This document shows positions 1 to 9,454 of a DNA stretch of 64,000 nucleotides, in pieces (positions within the stretch are counted from its first letter, which is position 1; every line of letters starts with the position of its first letter). The stretch comes from a bacterium (GTDB lineage: Bacteria; Zhuqueibacterota; Zhuqueibacteria; Residuimicrobiales; Krinioviventaceae). The stretch covers positions 704,001 to 768,000 of the forward strand of contig CAXXFV010000016.1 of the NCBI GenBank assembly GCA_963674595.2, in the 5' to 3' direction. Position numbers and translations under genes: made by a program. Under the pieces are notes generated by a model that made no database searches, had not been told where the DNA came from, and saw nothing but the letters and a program-made list of their open reading frames with translations.

Positions 1-1
1 T

Positions 2-460
2 TCGCGTCTGTCCCGTGACGAAATTGAAAAAGAGATCAAATGGGCCTTGTCCCTGGTTGGTCTTGACGGCGTAGAAGAAAAACATCCGGCTGAGTTGAGC
101 GGCGGGATGCGTAAAAGGGCCGCTATTGCCAGGGCGCTGGTTATGAAACCGGAAATTTTACTTTATGATGAACCGACAACCGGGCTGGATCCGCCCAGGG
201 CCGATTCCATCAATTGTTTGATTTCCGATTTAAATAAAAAACTTGGAATAACATCGGTCATGGTTACGCATGATATGTACAGCATGTTCCGGGTTTCTCA
301 CATGACAGCCATGCTGCATGATGGAGAGATTTTATTTTACGGAACACCTGAACAAATGCTCCATGCAAAGGAGCCCATTATTAAAGAGTTTTTAAAAACA
401 TCGAGTCAGAGTAATTGGTTAAAGGATTATCAGGAAGAAGAATCTTATGAGTCATCATAA
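2..460 (+). CDS. mlaF: ABC transporter ATP-binding protein, MlaF/Mkl family (5'-truncated by the window edge)
   Basis: ABC signature ELSGGMRKR, Walker B ILLYDEPTTGLDP and H-loop VTHD. The frame is open from position 2 and the gene lies next to an MlaD gene. Confidence 0.85.
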   Translation, partial: SRLSRDEIEKEIKWALSLVGLDGVEEKHPAELSGGMRKRAAIARALVMKPEILLYDEPTTGLDPPRADSINCLISDLNKKLGITSVMVTHDMYSMFRVSHMTAMLHDGEILFYGTPEQMLHAKEPIIKEFLKTSSQSNWLKDYQEEESYESS

Positions 461-1367
461 AAACGAAATTTTTGTCGGATTTGTCGTGATTGTTGCAATT
501 GTTGTAGCGATTTTCGGATATTTATTTATACAGGAAATTCCTGTGAAAAAGCAGGGTTATGTCATTACCATTTTATTTGATAATGTAAGCGGTTTAACCC
601 GCAGTGACCCGGTTACTGTCTCCGGTATGAAAATTGGCCGAGTTCGCGAGATGTCTTTGGTAAAAAACCATGTTGCGGTTTCGGTTTGGCTTGACGGGAA
701 AATTCCCTATCCCCGTGATTCGCGTGCCGGTATTAAAAGTATGGGTATGATTGGTGAAAAGTTTATTGATTTACAGCCAGGTGTTTCTTCCGAAAGATTA
801 AAAGATGGTGACACCATTTTAGGTACGTATGTTACGGACCTTGCGGATGCCGGAGGCTCGATAAACGAACTTGTTTCTCAGGCCACATCATTGCTTATGA
901 AATTTAACGAAACAATTGATCAGAAATCATTGCAACAGGCCCATCAGAATGCTATAACATCTATAGAAAACATGCGTGAAATTTCTGATGCCGTTAATAA
1001 AGATATTGCCGATAATATGCTGTTGTTAAAGCAGACGCTGGTGAATTTTGATTCTATATCGTCAAGTGTGAATAAATTTTGGGCACATGAACGGCAAAAC
1101 GCAGAACTGGTTATGAACAACGTTGCGGCATCAACACAAAACCTGCCAGTTGTTGTGGCCCGTTTGGACAGCGCTCTTGTTGCTACCCAAACCCTGTTGG
1201 CAAAAATTGATCAGCAGGAAAATACTGTCGGAAAATTACTGGCTGATGACGAATTATACGTTAAAGCAAATGAAACCATCGGGCAAATGCAGGTTTTATT
1301 GACAGATATAAAAGAACACCCTGGCCGGTATTTTCAAATGGAACCCAGTTTAATAAATTTGTTTTAG
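447..1367 (+). CDS. MlaD/MCE-family substrate-binding protein
   Basis: N-terminal transmembrane helix, MCE motif (FDNVSGL...VTVSGMKIGRV...MIGEKFIDL) and helical C-terminus ending DIKEHPGRY. Confidence 0.85.
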   Translation: MSHHKNEIFVGFVVIVAIVVAIFGYLFIQEIPVKKQGYVITILFDNVSGLTRSDPVTVSGMKIGRVREMSLVKNHVAVSVWLDGKIPYPRDSRAGIKSMGMIGEKFIDLQPGVSSERLKDGDTILGTYVTDLADAGGSINELVSQATSLLMKFNETIDQKSLQQAHQNAITSIENMREISDAVNKDIADNMLLLKQTLVNFDSISSSVNKFWAHERQNAELVMNNVAASTQNLPVVVARLDSALVATQTLLAKIDQQENTVGKLLADDELYVKANETIGQMQVLLTDIKEHPGRYFQMEPSLINLF

Positions 1368-1371
1368 GAAT

Positions 1372-1405
1372 AAAAAAAGGGAATATCATTGATATTCCCT
1401 TTTTT
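1372..1405. terminator. Bidirectional intrinsic terminator
   Basis: aaaaaaagggaatatc-att-gatattccctttttt forms a perfect stem with A/T tracts on both sides, between convergent genes. Confidence 0.85.
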
Positions 1406-1407
1406 GT

Positions 1408-3543
1408 TTAATATACAAGCTTTTCTGCCCAGGGCTTAAACTCGTCTAAAATATTCTCCGTTGTAATTATTTCAAACTGTTTATTTGTGGATTTTGCCAG
1501 TGCATAAATATTTTCTTGCACTTGCGGCGTTAACACATTTTTTTCTGCATCCAGGGGATTGATGATTAGTGTCGGTATTTTGAATGTTGATATTATTTCC
1601 GGCAGATCATAATATTTTAATACGTTGGGTAAAAAAGCTTCCTGTGACCAGGTATAGTTTTCCGATGTTGCCAGAGATTCGAATGTCGCCAGACTGTTGA
1701 TCGTAAAGACCCCGGCAATTTTGTCATCCAGCGCTGCAATGTGTTGTGCAACAACACCTCCCAAGCCGTAACCTCCGACGATAATTTTGTTTGTATCAAT
1801 TTCTGTTCTGGTACGAAGATAGGCCAAACTTGCCAGTCCGTCCCGGATACGCATGGCTAATGTATGGTCACCCATGCCGGCAGAAACATAGGAAAGCCAT
1901 CTGCTGCTGTGTGCCCAGGAGGCAATATCATAGGGCATGTCTGCTGCTTTGGTGTCGCCCCAGCCTCGCAAATCAACTGTAAATACGGATGCCCGTTCCT
2001 GGTCTCTTTTTAAAAAGTGTGCCGGTTCAGACAGCAATGTCTGTTTCCTGAGATCAGTCCAGCGGCCGCGATCGTCAAAGTAGAGGATGGCACCCTTTTT
2101 TTCATCCTGCAAAATCGGATACATAAAAGTACATGGAAGCTCAATGTCTTTTTCCGGGTATAATGTCAATTCTTCCAGATTATGCACCCAAACCTGAGTC
2201 GGTTCGTTTTGTTGTGCTGGTGGAGCTGTTGGCAAGTTTTTACATTCAATGGTCTTTTTTATTTTTTGTTGAATGTTTCGGGTATTTCTGTTATTCTTAA
2301 ATTCTAAGGCCAATACTTTATTTAAACTAAAGATATTGCCATCCAATCCAGGATAACAGAAAAGCATGCTGTCCGGCAGCATTTTGAACTGGTCCGGTTG
2401 AATTTTTGGTAGTTTTCGATCAGGATCTTTTCTGACCCATTTGTCCATCCATTTTGTAAACTTTAATGCCATTGGGATTGTATAGGCGTGTCCCGATGTA
2501 TCTGCAAAATATGAAAATTTGTCATCAATACCGGCCTGTTTAAAAGACTTGTGAACATCATTTGATATTTCGAGACTGTATTCCAGTTTAAAAACTTCAT
2601 CTTTTTCGCCAAACATAAACAGGACAGGTGTTGGAATGGCTGCACATAAAAGGTCGATATTGTCCACACCATTTTTAAAACGGCCATATAACAGCGTTTC
2701 CGTGCAGGGAGCATAAGTATTTCGGATCGGATGATGAGCAGAGGGCAGTGCACAACAGGAGGGACCGGAAGCTGTAATACGGTCGTCCAGCAGTGTTGCA
2801 TACATGGTTGTTGCGCCTCCACCGCTGACGCCTGTCATACCAAATCCATTACTTGTGTCGATATCGGGACGGCTTTCCAGGTAGTCCATACAGCGAATAG
2901 CGTCCATAATAAAATAACGATTTGAAGATGTACCTGTTAAATAACATCGAACCCCATCCGTAAAATGATCATTGCCGCCTTGTTTTTCTCCGGCCATACC
3001 CGGCGGATCAAAAATTACGGCCACATAGCCCAAAGAGGCAAATACCTGTGCCGGTATTTGATAGTTTTTCCGTGTTTTTGAACTATGCCCGACCGGCACA
3101 ACAATGGCCTGCCAGGGCGGGGGATATTTTTCTTTATCGGGCAGAAATACCGATGCGTTTACGTCCCAACCCGGGTAGGATTCGAATAATACATTTTCAA
3201 TTGTGCAATGTTTCAGTTTATGACGAGAAACCAGCCTGACATTGAGTGGTGCACCGTTTTCGCCAAAAGGCATTTCACCCATTTGGTCCTTGATCGTATT
3301 TTTAATATGGTTTTGCCAGCTTTGCCAATCATTTTTTTCAAATGCCTGCATACGTTGAAAAGCGCCTACATCCAAATAGTTGCAGGTTCGGTTAACAATA
3401 TAGGACCGCATCATCATGCGCAAATCCTGAGATGGATTCACCGGCCCAAGCTGAAAAGGAATTTGAGAATAACGCCATTCAATTTCTCCTGCAAAAAGCG
3501 TTATGTGAAATAAAAGGATAAAGAGGGACAAAAAACGTCGCAT
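1408..3543 (-). CDS. Secreted tandem alpha/beta-hydrolase (acetylxylan esterase-like)
   Basis: Signal peptide. First domain has nucleophile elbow GVSGGG; second has GYGLGG, lacking the serine. Confidence 0.7.
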   Translation of the reverse strand: MRRFLSLFILLFHITLFAGEIEWRYSQIPFQLGPVNPSQDLRMMMRSYIVNRTCNYLDVGAFQRMQAFEKNDWQSWQNHIKNTIKDQMGEMPFGENGAPLNVRLVSRHKLKHCTIENVLFESYPGWDVNASVFLPDKEKYPPPWQAIVVPVGHSSKTRKNYQIPAQVFASLGYVAVIFDPPGMAGEKQGGNDHFTDGVRCYLTGTSSNRYFIMDAIRCMDYLESRPDIDTSNGFGMTGVSGGGATTMYATLLDDRITASGPSCCALPSAHHPIRNTYAPCTETLLYGRFKNGVDNIDLLCAAIPTPVLFMFGEKDEVFKLEYSLEISNDVHKSFKQAGIDDKFSYFADTSGHAYTIPMALKFTKWMDKWVRKDPDRKLPKIQPDQFKMLPDSMLFCYPGLDGNIFSLNKVLALEFKNNRNTRNIQQKIKKTIECKNLPTAPPAQQNEPTQVWVHNLEELTLYPEKDIELPCTFMYPILQDEKKGAILYFDDRGRWTDLRKQTLLSEPAHFLKRDQERASVFTVDLRGWGDTKAADMPYDIASWAHSSRWLSYVSAGMGDHTLAMRIRDGLASLAYLRTRTEIDTNKIIVGGYGLGGVVAQHIAALDDKIAGVFTINSLATFESLATSENYTWSQEAFLPNVLKYYDLPEIISTFKIPTLIINPLDAEKNVLTPQVQENIYALAKSTNKQFEIITTENILDEFKPWAEKLVY

Positions 3544-3580
3544 GTTTTGTTTCTCCGTATGGTTAGGGATTTTGGGTCGT

Positions 3581-4441
3581 TTATGGTTTTTTTTGATTAT
3601 ATTTATTCATCACAATAAAATCCCCCTGTTTTGCTCCAATACCGTCACCAATAACCTGACATTTAACCGTCAACATGAAATAGATACTTATACCCGCATC
3701 GAACAAGCCTTCGAGATTGCCTTGCCCTTTGGCGATAATGACATCGGCTTTTTCGAATGCTGCCAAGAGTTTTTTTGACGAGGGCGGCCAGATGACGCCT
3801 GGTGAATCTTCCTCTGTTGTAATAACTTGCGCAAATTTATCCATGCCTACGGCTAAAGCTTCTTCCATTGTTGCATCGTTTATTGTGGGCGCCCCTCTGA
3901 CGACAAATGTTACATTCGGGTGGTTAATATGCTCTATAAAAAGTTTATCCAAAACAATCTCACCACAGTTATCTCCAATATAAAGTATGGAATTCGCTTT
4001 CTCAATATCTTTTTCAAGCTGCTCAGAGTGATCAATGGCTATTTGTGATTCAAGAACCCGTTTTATTGTTTCGAAAATGTCCATTTGATGCTGCGGACCA
4101 AAATCAATAACATTGCCGGCAATGGCTAATCTCATGGCTGTTTGAAACGGATGGTCGGAAGTTTTGACCATTTCCTGGAATTTTGGATAAAGAGCCAGCA
4201 TTTCTTGATTATTTTTGTGTTTTACTTCTTTATATGGATCGGGATTTTTAATAATTTCCCGGATGAGGCGGTGCATATCCCGGCCCATGGCTGGTGGCGA
4301 CTGGTGATAATCTGCCTGTGATAGATATTCCAAAAGTTTACGTGCACCGATTTCCTGGATGTCTGACGAAATTATTCCCGATTGGGCAAGCTTCAGATAA
4401 CTGGATATGATGCAGGGTAAACAGTTTAAAGATACATCCAT
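3581..4441 (-). CDS. DUF89/ARMT1-like damage-control phosphatase
   Basis: Motifs CLPC, IAGNVIDFG, DNCGE, KGQGNLEGL and VKC. Confidence 0.9.
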   Translation of the reverse strand: MDVSLNCLPCIISSYLKLAQSGIISSDIQEIGARKLLEYLSQADYHQSPPAMGRDMHRLIREIIKNPDPYKEVKHKNNQEMLALYPKFQEMVKTSDHPFQTAMRLAIAGNVIDFGPQHQMDIFETIKRVLESQIAIDHSEQLEKDIEKANSILYIGDNCGEIVLDKLFIEHINHPNVTFVVRGAPTINDATMEEALAVGMDKFAQVITTEEDSPGVIWPPSSKKLLAAFEKADVIIAKGQGNLEGLFDAGISIYFMLTVKCQVIGDGIGAKQGDFIVMNKYNQKKP

Positions 4442-4603
4442 GCAATACTCCTTTAATGAATTATATTTAAAAGTGAAATTTATATTTGATAATATTTGTA
4501 TAAAAATTTATAAATACCAAAAAATATTGTTATATTAATAAAAAAGATTAACTTTCGCAACAGGTTCAGGCTTGCAGTTGGGAATTGAAAGGTAGAGTTG
4601 TAA

Positions 4604-5578
4604 ATGTTGTTTAAAATAAAAAGTTTATTGTTTTTTATCGTGTTACCTGTTTTGAGCATTGCCGGTGAAAAAGCGGTAAAAGAGGCGGATGATTATTTTA
4701 CTATTCAGCTTCCGGATTCCATAAATAGTATTCGAATTTTACAAATTACCGATACACATTTGGGAAAAGACGGATTCTGGAAGCAGGATTTAACCACATT
4801 TAAACGGATTAAAAGATTAGTGGAAATGTATGATCCGCATTTATTGGCTCTAACCGGTGATATATTAACAGGCGGAAAAAAGGACCCACATATATTATCT
4901 GCCTTTATGATAAATTTTTTTGATTCGCTTAAACGACCCTGGCTTTTTGTTTTTGGAAATCATGATCCTGAAGGAGGTTTTAAAAGAGACTCTATCGCTC
5001 AATTTATTGATTTTTCAGAATGGGGTGTTTTAGGTTCTCATAAAACAGGTGTTGGTAATGAAATAAAGTATGATTATGTGGTGAATTTAATAAGTAAGGG
5101 AAACAAACCTGCCTGGCAAATTTATGCGTTTGATTCCGGTTCGGAAAAAGAATTCAAATCTATCAAAGACGATCAACTGGATTGGTACCGAAAAAAATCA
5201 AAAGAAACGGAAACAAAATATGCTCAAATAGTACCGGCTATTTCAATTTTTCATATTCCGCTAAAACAATATCAGGATTTGTGGAACGACGGTTCCATTC
5301 CAAAATCAGGTGAAAGCCGGGAAAAAGTATGTTTTGAACAAGATGACGGCAGGGTCTATGATGCTTTTGTTAAGGTCGGGAATATTAAAGCCACTTTTTG
5401 CGGGCATGATCATTATAATAATTACTGGGGAACATATAAAGGCGGCATTATTCTGGCCTATGGTTATATAAGCGGAGAAGCCACAAACTGGGCCTGGCCG
5501 ACAGGTGGAAAACTTGTTCAACTATCTTATAAAAATCAGAATATAAAAATTGAAAATGTGGTTCCAAAGTTTGAATAA
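4604..5578 (+). CDS. Secreted calcineurin-like metallophosphoesterase (Dcr2-like)
   Basis: Motifs QITDTH, LTGD, FGNHD, FHIP and CGHDHYN, plus a signal peptide. Confidence 0.85.
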   Translation: MLFKIKSLLFFIVLPVLSIAGEKAVKEADDYFTIQLPDSINSIRILQITDTHLGKDGFWKQDLTTFKRIKRLVEMYDPHLLALTGDILTGGKKDPHILSAFMINFFDSLKRPWLFVFGNHDPEGGFKRDSIAQFIDFSEWGVLGSHKTGVGNEIKYDYVVNLISKGNKPAWQIYAFDSGSEKEFKSIKDDQLDWYRKKSKETETKYAQIVPAISIFHIPLKQYQDLWNDGSIPKSGESREKVCFEQDDGRVYDAFVKVGNIKATFCGHDHYNNYWGTYKGGIILAYGYISGEATNWAWPTGGKLVQLSYKNQNIKIENVVPKFE

Positions 5579-5614
5579 AAATTGTAGGAGTTAATTTTAA
5601 AAAGGTCTTAGAAA

Positions 5615-7768
5615 ATGAAGGTTGCTATTATTTATAACAAAGATGTTACCAGAGTTATAAATCAGTTTGGGATGCAGAATAAAGAATTTTATAATCCTAA
5701 AACAGTGCGAATGGTTTCGAACTCTTTAGAGACAGGTGGACATAATGTAGAAATCATAGACGGCAATATGCATGTGATTGAAGCCCTGCAAAATTTTATG
5801 CCCAAGGTGCTTGAAGGTGAACGCATGGGAATGGTTTTTAATATGGCCTATGGAATTCAGGGTGAAAGCCGTTATACGCATATCCCTTCCATGCTGGAAA
5901 TGCTGGGAATTCCTTATGTCGGTTCTACTCCTGCCGGACATGCTTTGGCATTGGATAAAATTATTACAAAAATTATCATGCAAAAACATGGCATTCCGAC
6001 GCCAAATTTTTGGGTCTTTAATTCTCATAATGATGATATGAGTGATGTCATTTATCCTGTTATTATCAAACCAAAAATGGAAGCGGTTTCTTTCGGATTG
6101 CGGGTTGTTCATACTGAAGCAGATTTAAAAGAGGGGGTTGAATTTATTATCAATGAATTTCAACAGCAGGCGCTTGTGGAGCAATTTATTCCCGGACGGG
6201 AATTTGCAATTGGGCTGTTGGGCAATAATCCTGTTGAAGCTTTTCCTGTTTTGGAAATTGACCTTGAAGATGATCCCAACGCAATTCAAACGTTGGACGA
6301 TAAAAAGAAAAAGCCCAGGGCCAAGATTTGTCCTGCTAACCTGTCAAAAGAACTGGCATCGGAAATGGTAAAATTGAGTATTGCGGCTTTCAAGGCCCTT
6401 GGTTTAAGAGATTTTTCCCGTGTTGATATCCGGATGGATGAACATCATAATATCTATTTGCTGGAAATTAATTCCATGGCCAGTTTAGGGCCTAGCGGGT
6501 CCTATCCCTATGCTGCTAAAGTGGCGGGTTATGATTATTCCGCACTTGTAAATAAAATGCTTGATGTGGCGGCTGTTCGTTATTTTGCCAATTCTTCGTT
6601 GTTAAACGGCGATGTAAAAACAAAAGGAATTCCAATACATGTTCGTGTTCGCGGATTTTTAAGAAGCCGGCAATCTTCTATTGAAGAAATTCTGAAAAAA
6701 ATGGTAAACACCAATACATTTTTTCGAAATTCAGAAGGTGTAAATACGGTTGGGAATTTTATCAAAAAAGAATTGAGCCAACTGGGTTTTTCATTTCAAA
6801 GCTTTCCGCAAATTGAAATGGGAAATATTCTTTATTTTAGCAACTCGGATGATGAGCAAATTGATGTTTTGCTGCTTGGCAATCTGGATAATGACACGCC
6901 TGTTTACAAGCACGAATATTACCGTGAAATGGACCAAAAAATATTCGGCAGTGGTGTTTGGGAACACAAGGGGGGGATTGTCGTTATGCTGGCGGCGCTT
7001 CAGGCATTACGTTTTGTGAAAAAGCTCAGGGATCAGAAAATCGGTATTTTGCTGACGACTGATGATACTCAACAGGGACGATTTTCCCGTTCTTTAATAT
7101 TAAGGGTGGCATCCCATGCAAAGTTTATTTTAGGATTACATGGAGCTTTTTTAAACGGAGGATTGGTTACATCACGGTCCGGTGCGGCTGTTTACAACTG
7201 CTCAATGAATTTGGTTAATACGGACAAGGCAGAAAACGTTTCTCTGGCAACAAGTTTTTTTTCACGGCTCATCAATACCTGGATTGACTTGAGTGACGCA
7301 AAAAGTGGTTTGCTTATTTCAAGCCATAAAATGCAGATGAATTCCAATATTACCGAACCCTTTGCGCATGGTGAGGTTACACTTTCCGTTCGTTTTAATG
7401 ATTTGGAACAGATGATGGTAGTAGATAAAAAGATCAAAGAATTACTTTTAAAAAGAAAACATAAAAATTTAATTGATTTCCATTTGGAAGGAGGTATCCG
7501 ACGTCCTTCGATGCTTAAAAATGAAAATGTTGAAAAATTGTGGCATTTGATCAAAAGGCTGGCCGATAAACTTGATATTCAGTTAAGGGAGGAACATCGA
7601 TGGAGTTCGGCGGATATAGCATTTATAGAAAATAATAAAAACAAAATTGATGGTTTTGGTCCGATCGGAATAAAACCGGCAAACAAGTCCGAGTATATTT
7701 TACGTTTTAGTATATTGGAACGTGCGGCACTGTTGGCAATGACAATTTTAGAATTGAAAGAAAAATAA
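5615..7768 (+). CDS. D-Ala-D-Ala ligase-like ATP-grasp domain fused to a degenerate M20 peptidase-like domain
   Basis: N-terminal half has LGIPYVGS...ALDK, VIIKP, LVEQFIPGREF, SRVDIR and LEINSM. C-terminal half has an M20 layout (LLLGNLD, GSGVWEHKGG, SSADI, IDGFGPIG). Confidence 0.8.
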   Translation: MKVAIIYNKDVTRVINQFGMQNKEFYNPKTVRMVSNSLETGGHNVEIIDGNMHVIEALQNFMPKVLEGERMGMVFNMAYGIQGESRYTHIPSMLEMLGIPYVGSTPAGHALALDKIITKIIMQKHGIPTPNFWVFNSHNDDMSDVIYPVIIKPKMEAVSFGLRVVHTEADLKEGVEFIINEFQQQALVEQFIPGREFAIGLLGNNPVEAFPVLEIDLEDDPNAIQTLDDKKKKPRAKICPANLSKELASEMVKLSIAAFKALGLRDFSRVDIRMDEHHNIYLLEINSMASLGPSGSYPYAAKVAGYDYSALVNKMLDVAAVRYFANSSLLNGDVKTKGIPIHVRVRGFLRSRQSSIEEILKKMVNTNTFFRNSEGVNTVGNFIKKELSQLGFSFQSFPQIEMGNILYFSNSDDEQIDVLLLGNLDNDTPVYKHEYYREMDQKIFGSGVWEHKGGIVVMLAALQALRFVKKLRDQKIGILLTTDDTQQGRFSRSLILRVASHAKFILGLHGAFLNGGLVTSRSGAAVYNCSMNLVNTDKAENVSLATSFFSRLINTWIDLSDAKSGLLISSHKMQMNSNITEPFAHGEVTLSVRFNDLEQMMVVDKKIKELLLKRKHKNLIDFHLEGGIRRPSMLKNENVEKLWHLIKRLADKLDIQLREEHRWSSADIAFIENNKNKIDGFGPIGIKPANKSEYILRFSILERAALLAMTILELKEK

Positions 7769-7806
7769 GGCTTGTTGAAATTAATTATCTAAAATTCGGT
7801 TAAAGT

Positions 7807-9444
7807 ATGAAAAATATTTTACGTCAAGTTGAATCACGATTTAGACCAACATCCGATGGTAAATGTTCGGAATCGAAAAATGGTATGATTGCCACCCAGT
7901 CTTCCTATGCGACGGAAGCGGGTGCGGAAATTTTGAAAAAGAATGGAAATGCTGTTGATGCCGCTGTTGCCGCAGCTTTGGCCCTGGGTGTTAGCGAACC
8001 TCAGGCAAGCGGTTTGGGCGGACAAACCATGTTGTTGCTTTATAACAATGAAAACGTTATTGCTGTTGACGGTTCATCCCGTGCACCATCTCTGGCCCAT
8101 GTTAGTTCTGTTTATAAACAGGACCGGTCTCTGGGTTATCGAGCCACAACCGTACCCAGTACTTTGGCGACGTTATGGTATGTTCATGATCGTTATGGCC
8201 TGTTGCCCTGGGCACAATTGTGTGAACCCGCCCTGGCTTTGGCAAAAAACGGGTTTAAAATCAGTACCTTGCAGAACCGTTTGTTGAAACGTGAAATAGA
8301 AAATTTTAATAAAATTGAATCCAGGACCGGGCTCGAATATTTTTATAACAACGGCAAGCCTTATAACGTCGGCGATATTTTTAAACAGGATGATTTGTAT
8401 CGTCTGCTAAAAAAAATTAAAGATAAAGGTGTGTGGGAATTTTATCAGGGTAAAACAGCGCGTCAGATCGATGCGGATATGAGGGAAAACGGCGGTCTGC
8501 TTAGGATGGATGATCTGGCCCTGATCCCGTTTCCCATTGAACGGGAACCGTTGGTTAAATCTTTTCGGGATTTAGATGTATATACAATGCCGCCTCCCGG
8601 TTCGGGCAGAACATTGCTTTTCGTCCTTCTCATGCTTGACCTTATACCGGACACTCTTGAATTAAAAGACCCGTCTGTCAGGACACACATTTTTATACAA
8701 ATTTTACGCAAGGCCTTTCTTGAACGTTCCGACCGGCCCTATGACGCCAATTTTTTTCATCAAATCGCCGATGAAGCAGATATGCTGGATTCTCTTTTTG
8801 CCGGTGAATGTCTTACGGATATTTTAAATGATGTGGATAAAACTATTTTACCCACGCTTCCGTCCCTGGATGAAATAAAAGGGGAGACGACTCATTTATC
8901 CGTTATTGATAAAAAAGGTATGGCTGTTAGTTTAACACAATCCATTGAAAGAGTTTATGGCAGCAAAGCGGCGGCTTCGGGCCTTGGATTTTTGTATAAC
9001 AATTATTTATATGATTATGAATACAATCTTCCCAATCATCCTTTTTACCTGAGACCCAATGCTGTTCCCTGGGCAACAGTTGCGCCGTCTTTAGTGTTTG
9101 ATCAGGATAATTTATGGATGGCCCTTGGCAGCCCGGGCAGCGAACGGATCATTTCAACATTATCATTGTTTTTGCAGCATATTATTGATGACCGGTATTC
9201 TCTGGCAGAAGCTATGATGGCGCCGCGTATTCATTGTTCATTAGGCGGACGTGTCAGCCTTGAGGCCGGCCGGTTTCCTGAACAATTACTGTCTTACCTT
9301 CGGGATAAGGATTTTCGCCTGGATGAACGAGAGGATTTTGCTTTTTATCTTGGGTGTGTGCAGGCTGTTTTGCGAAAACATGATCATTCCGGATTTCAGG
9401 GAGTGGCTGACATCCGGAGAGACGGAACGGCTGCCGGAATTTAA
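7807..9444 (+). CDS. Gamma-glutamyltransferase-family Ntn-hydrolase, cytoplasmic, with an atypical substrate pocket
   Basis: GNAVDAAVAAALALGVSEPQASGLGG, autoprocessing site ETTHLSVID, GSPGS and APRIH. No signal peptide. Confidence 0.88.
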   Translation: MKNILRQVESRFRPTSDGKCSESKNGMIATQSSYATEAGAEILKKNGNAVDAAVAAALALGVSEPQASGLGGQTMLLLYNNENVIAVDGSSRAPSLAHVSSVYKQDRSLGYRATTVPSTLATLWYVHDRYGLLPWAQLCEPALALAKNGFKISTLQNRLLKREIENFNKIESRTGLEYFYNNGKPYNVGDIFKQDDLYRLLKKIKDKGVWEFYQGKTARQIDADMRENGGLLRMDDLALIPFPIEREPLVKSFRDLDVYTMPPPGSGRTLLFVLLMLDLIPDTLELKDPSVRTHIFIQILRKAFLERSDRPYDANFFHQIADEADMLDSLFAGECLTDILNDVDKTILPTLPSLDEIKGETTHLSVIDKKGMAVSLTQSIERVYGSKAAASGLGFLYNNYLYDYEYNLPNHPFYLRPNAVPWATVAPSLVFDQDNLWMALGSPGSERIISTLSLFLQHIIDDRYSLAEAMMAPRIHCSLGGRVSLEAGRFPEQLLSYLRDKDFRLDEREDFAFYLGCVQAVLRKHDHSGFQGVADIRRDGTAAGI

Positions 9445-9454
9445 GGAAGGCAAC

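Noticed and set aside
5615-6600. Housekeeping ddl or a vancomycin-resistance ligase
   Set aside because: The N-terminal GGxSxE motif is missing, the domain is fused to an M20-like domain, and there is no mur or van context.
9251-9454. N-terminal extension of the amidohydrolase shown in the ORF track
   Set aside because: It overlaps the GGT gene by about 190 bp, whereas a good RBS and ATG lie at 9455.
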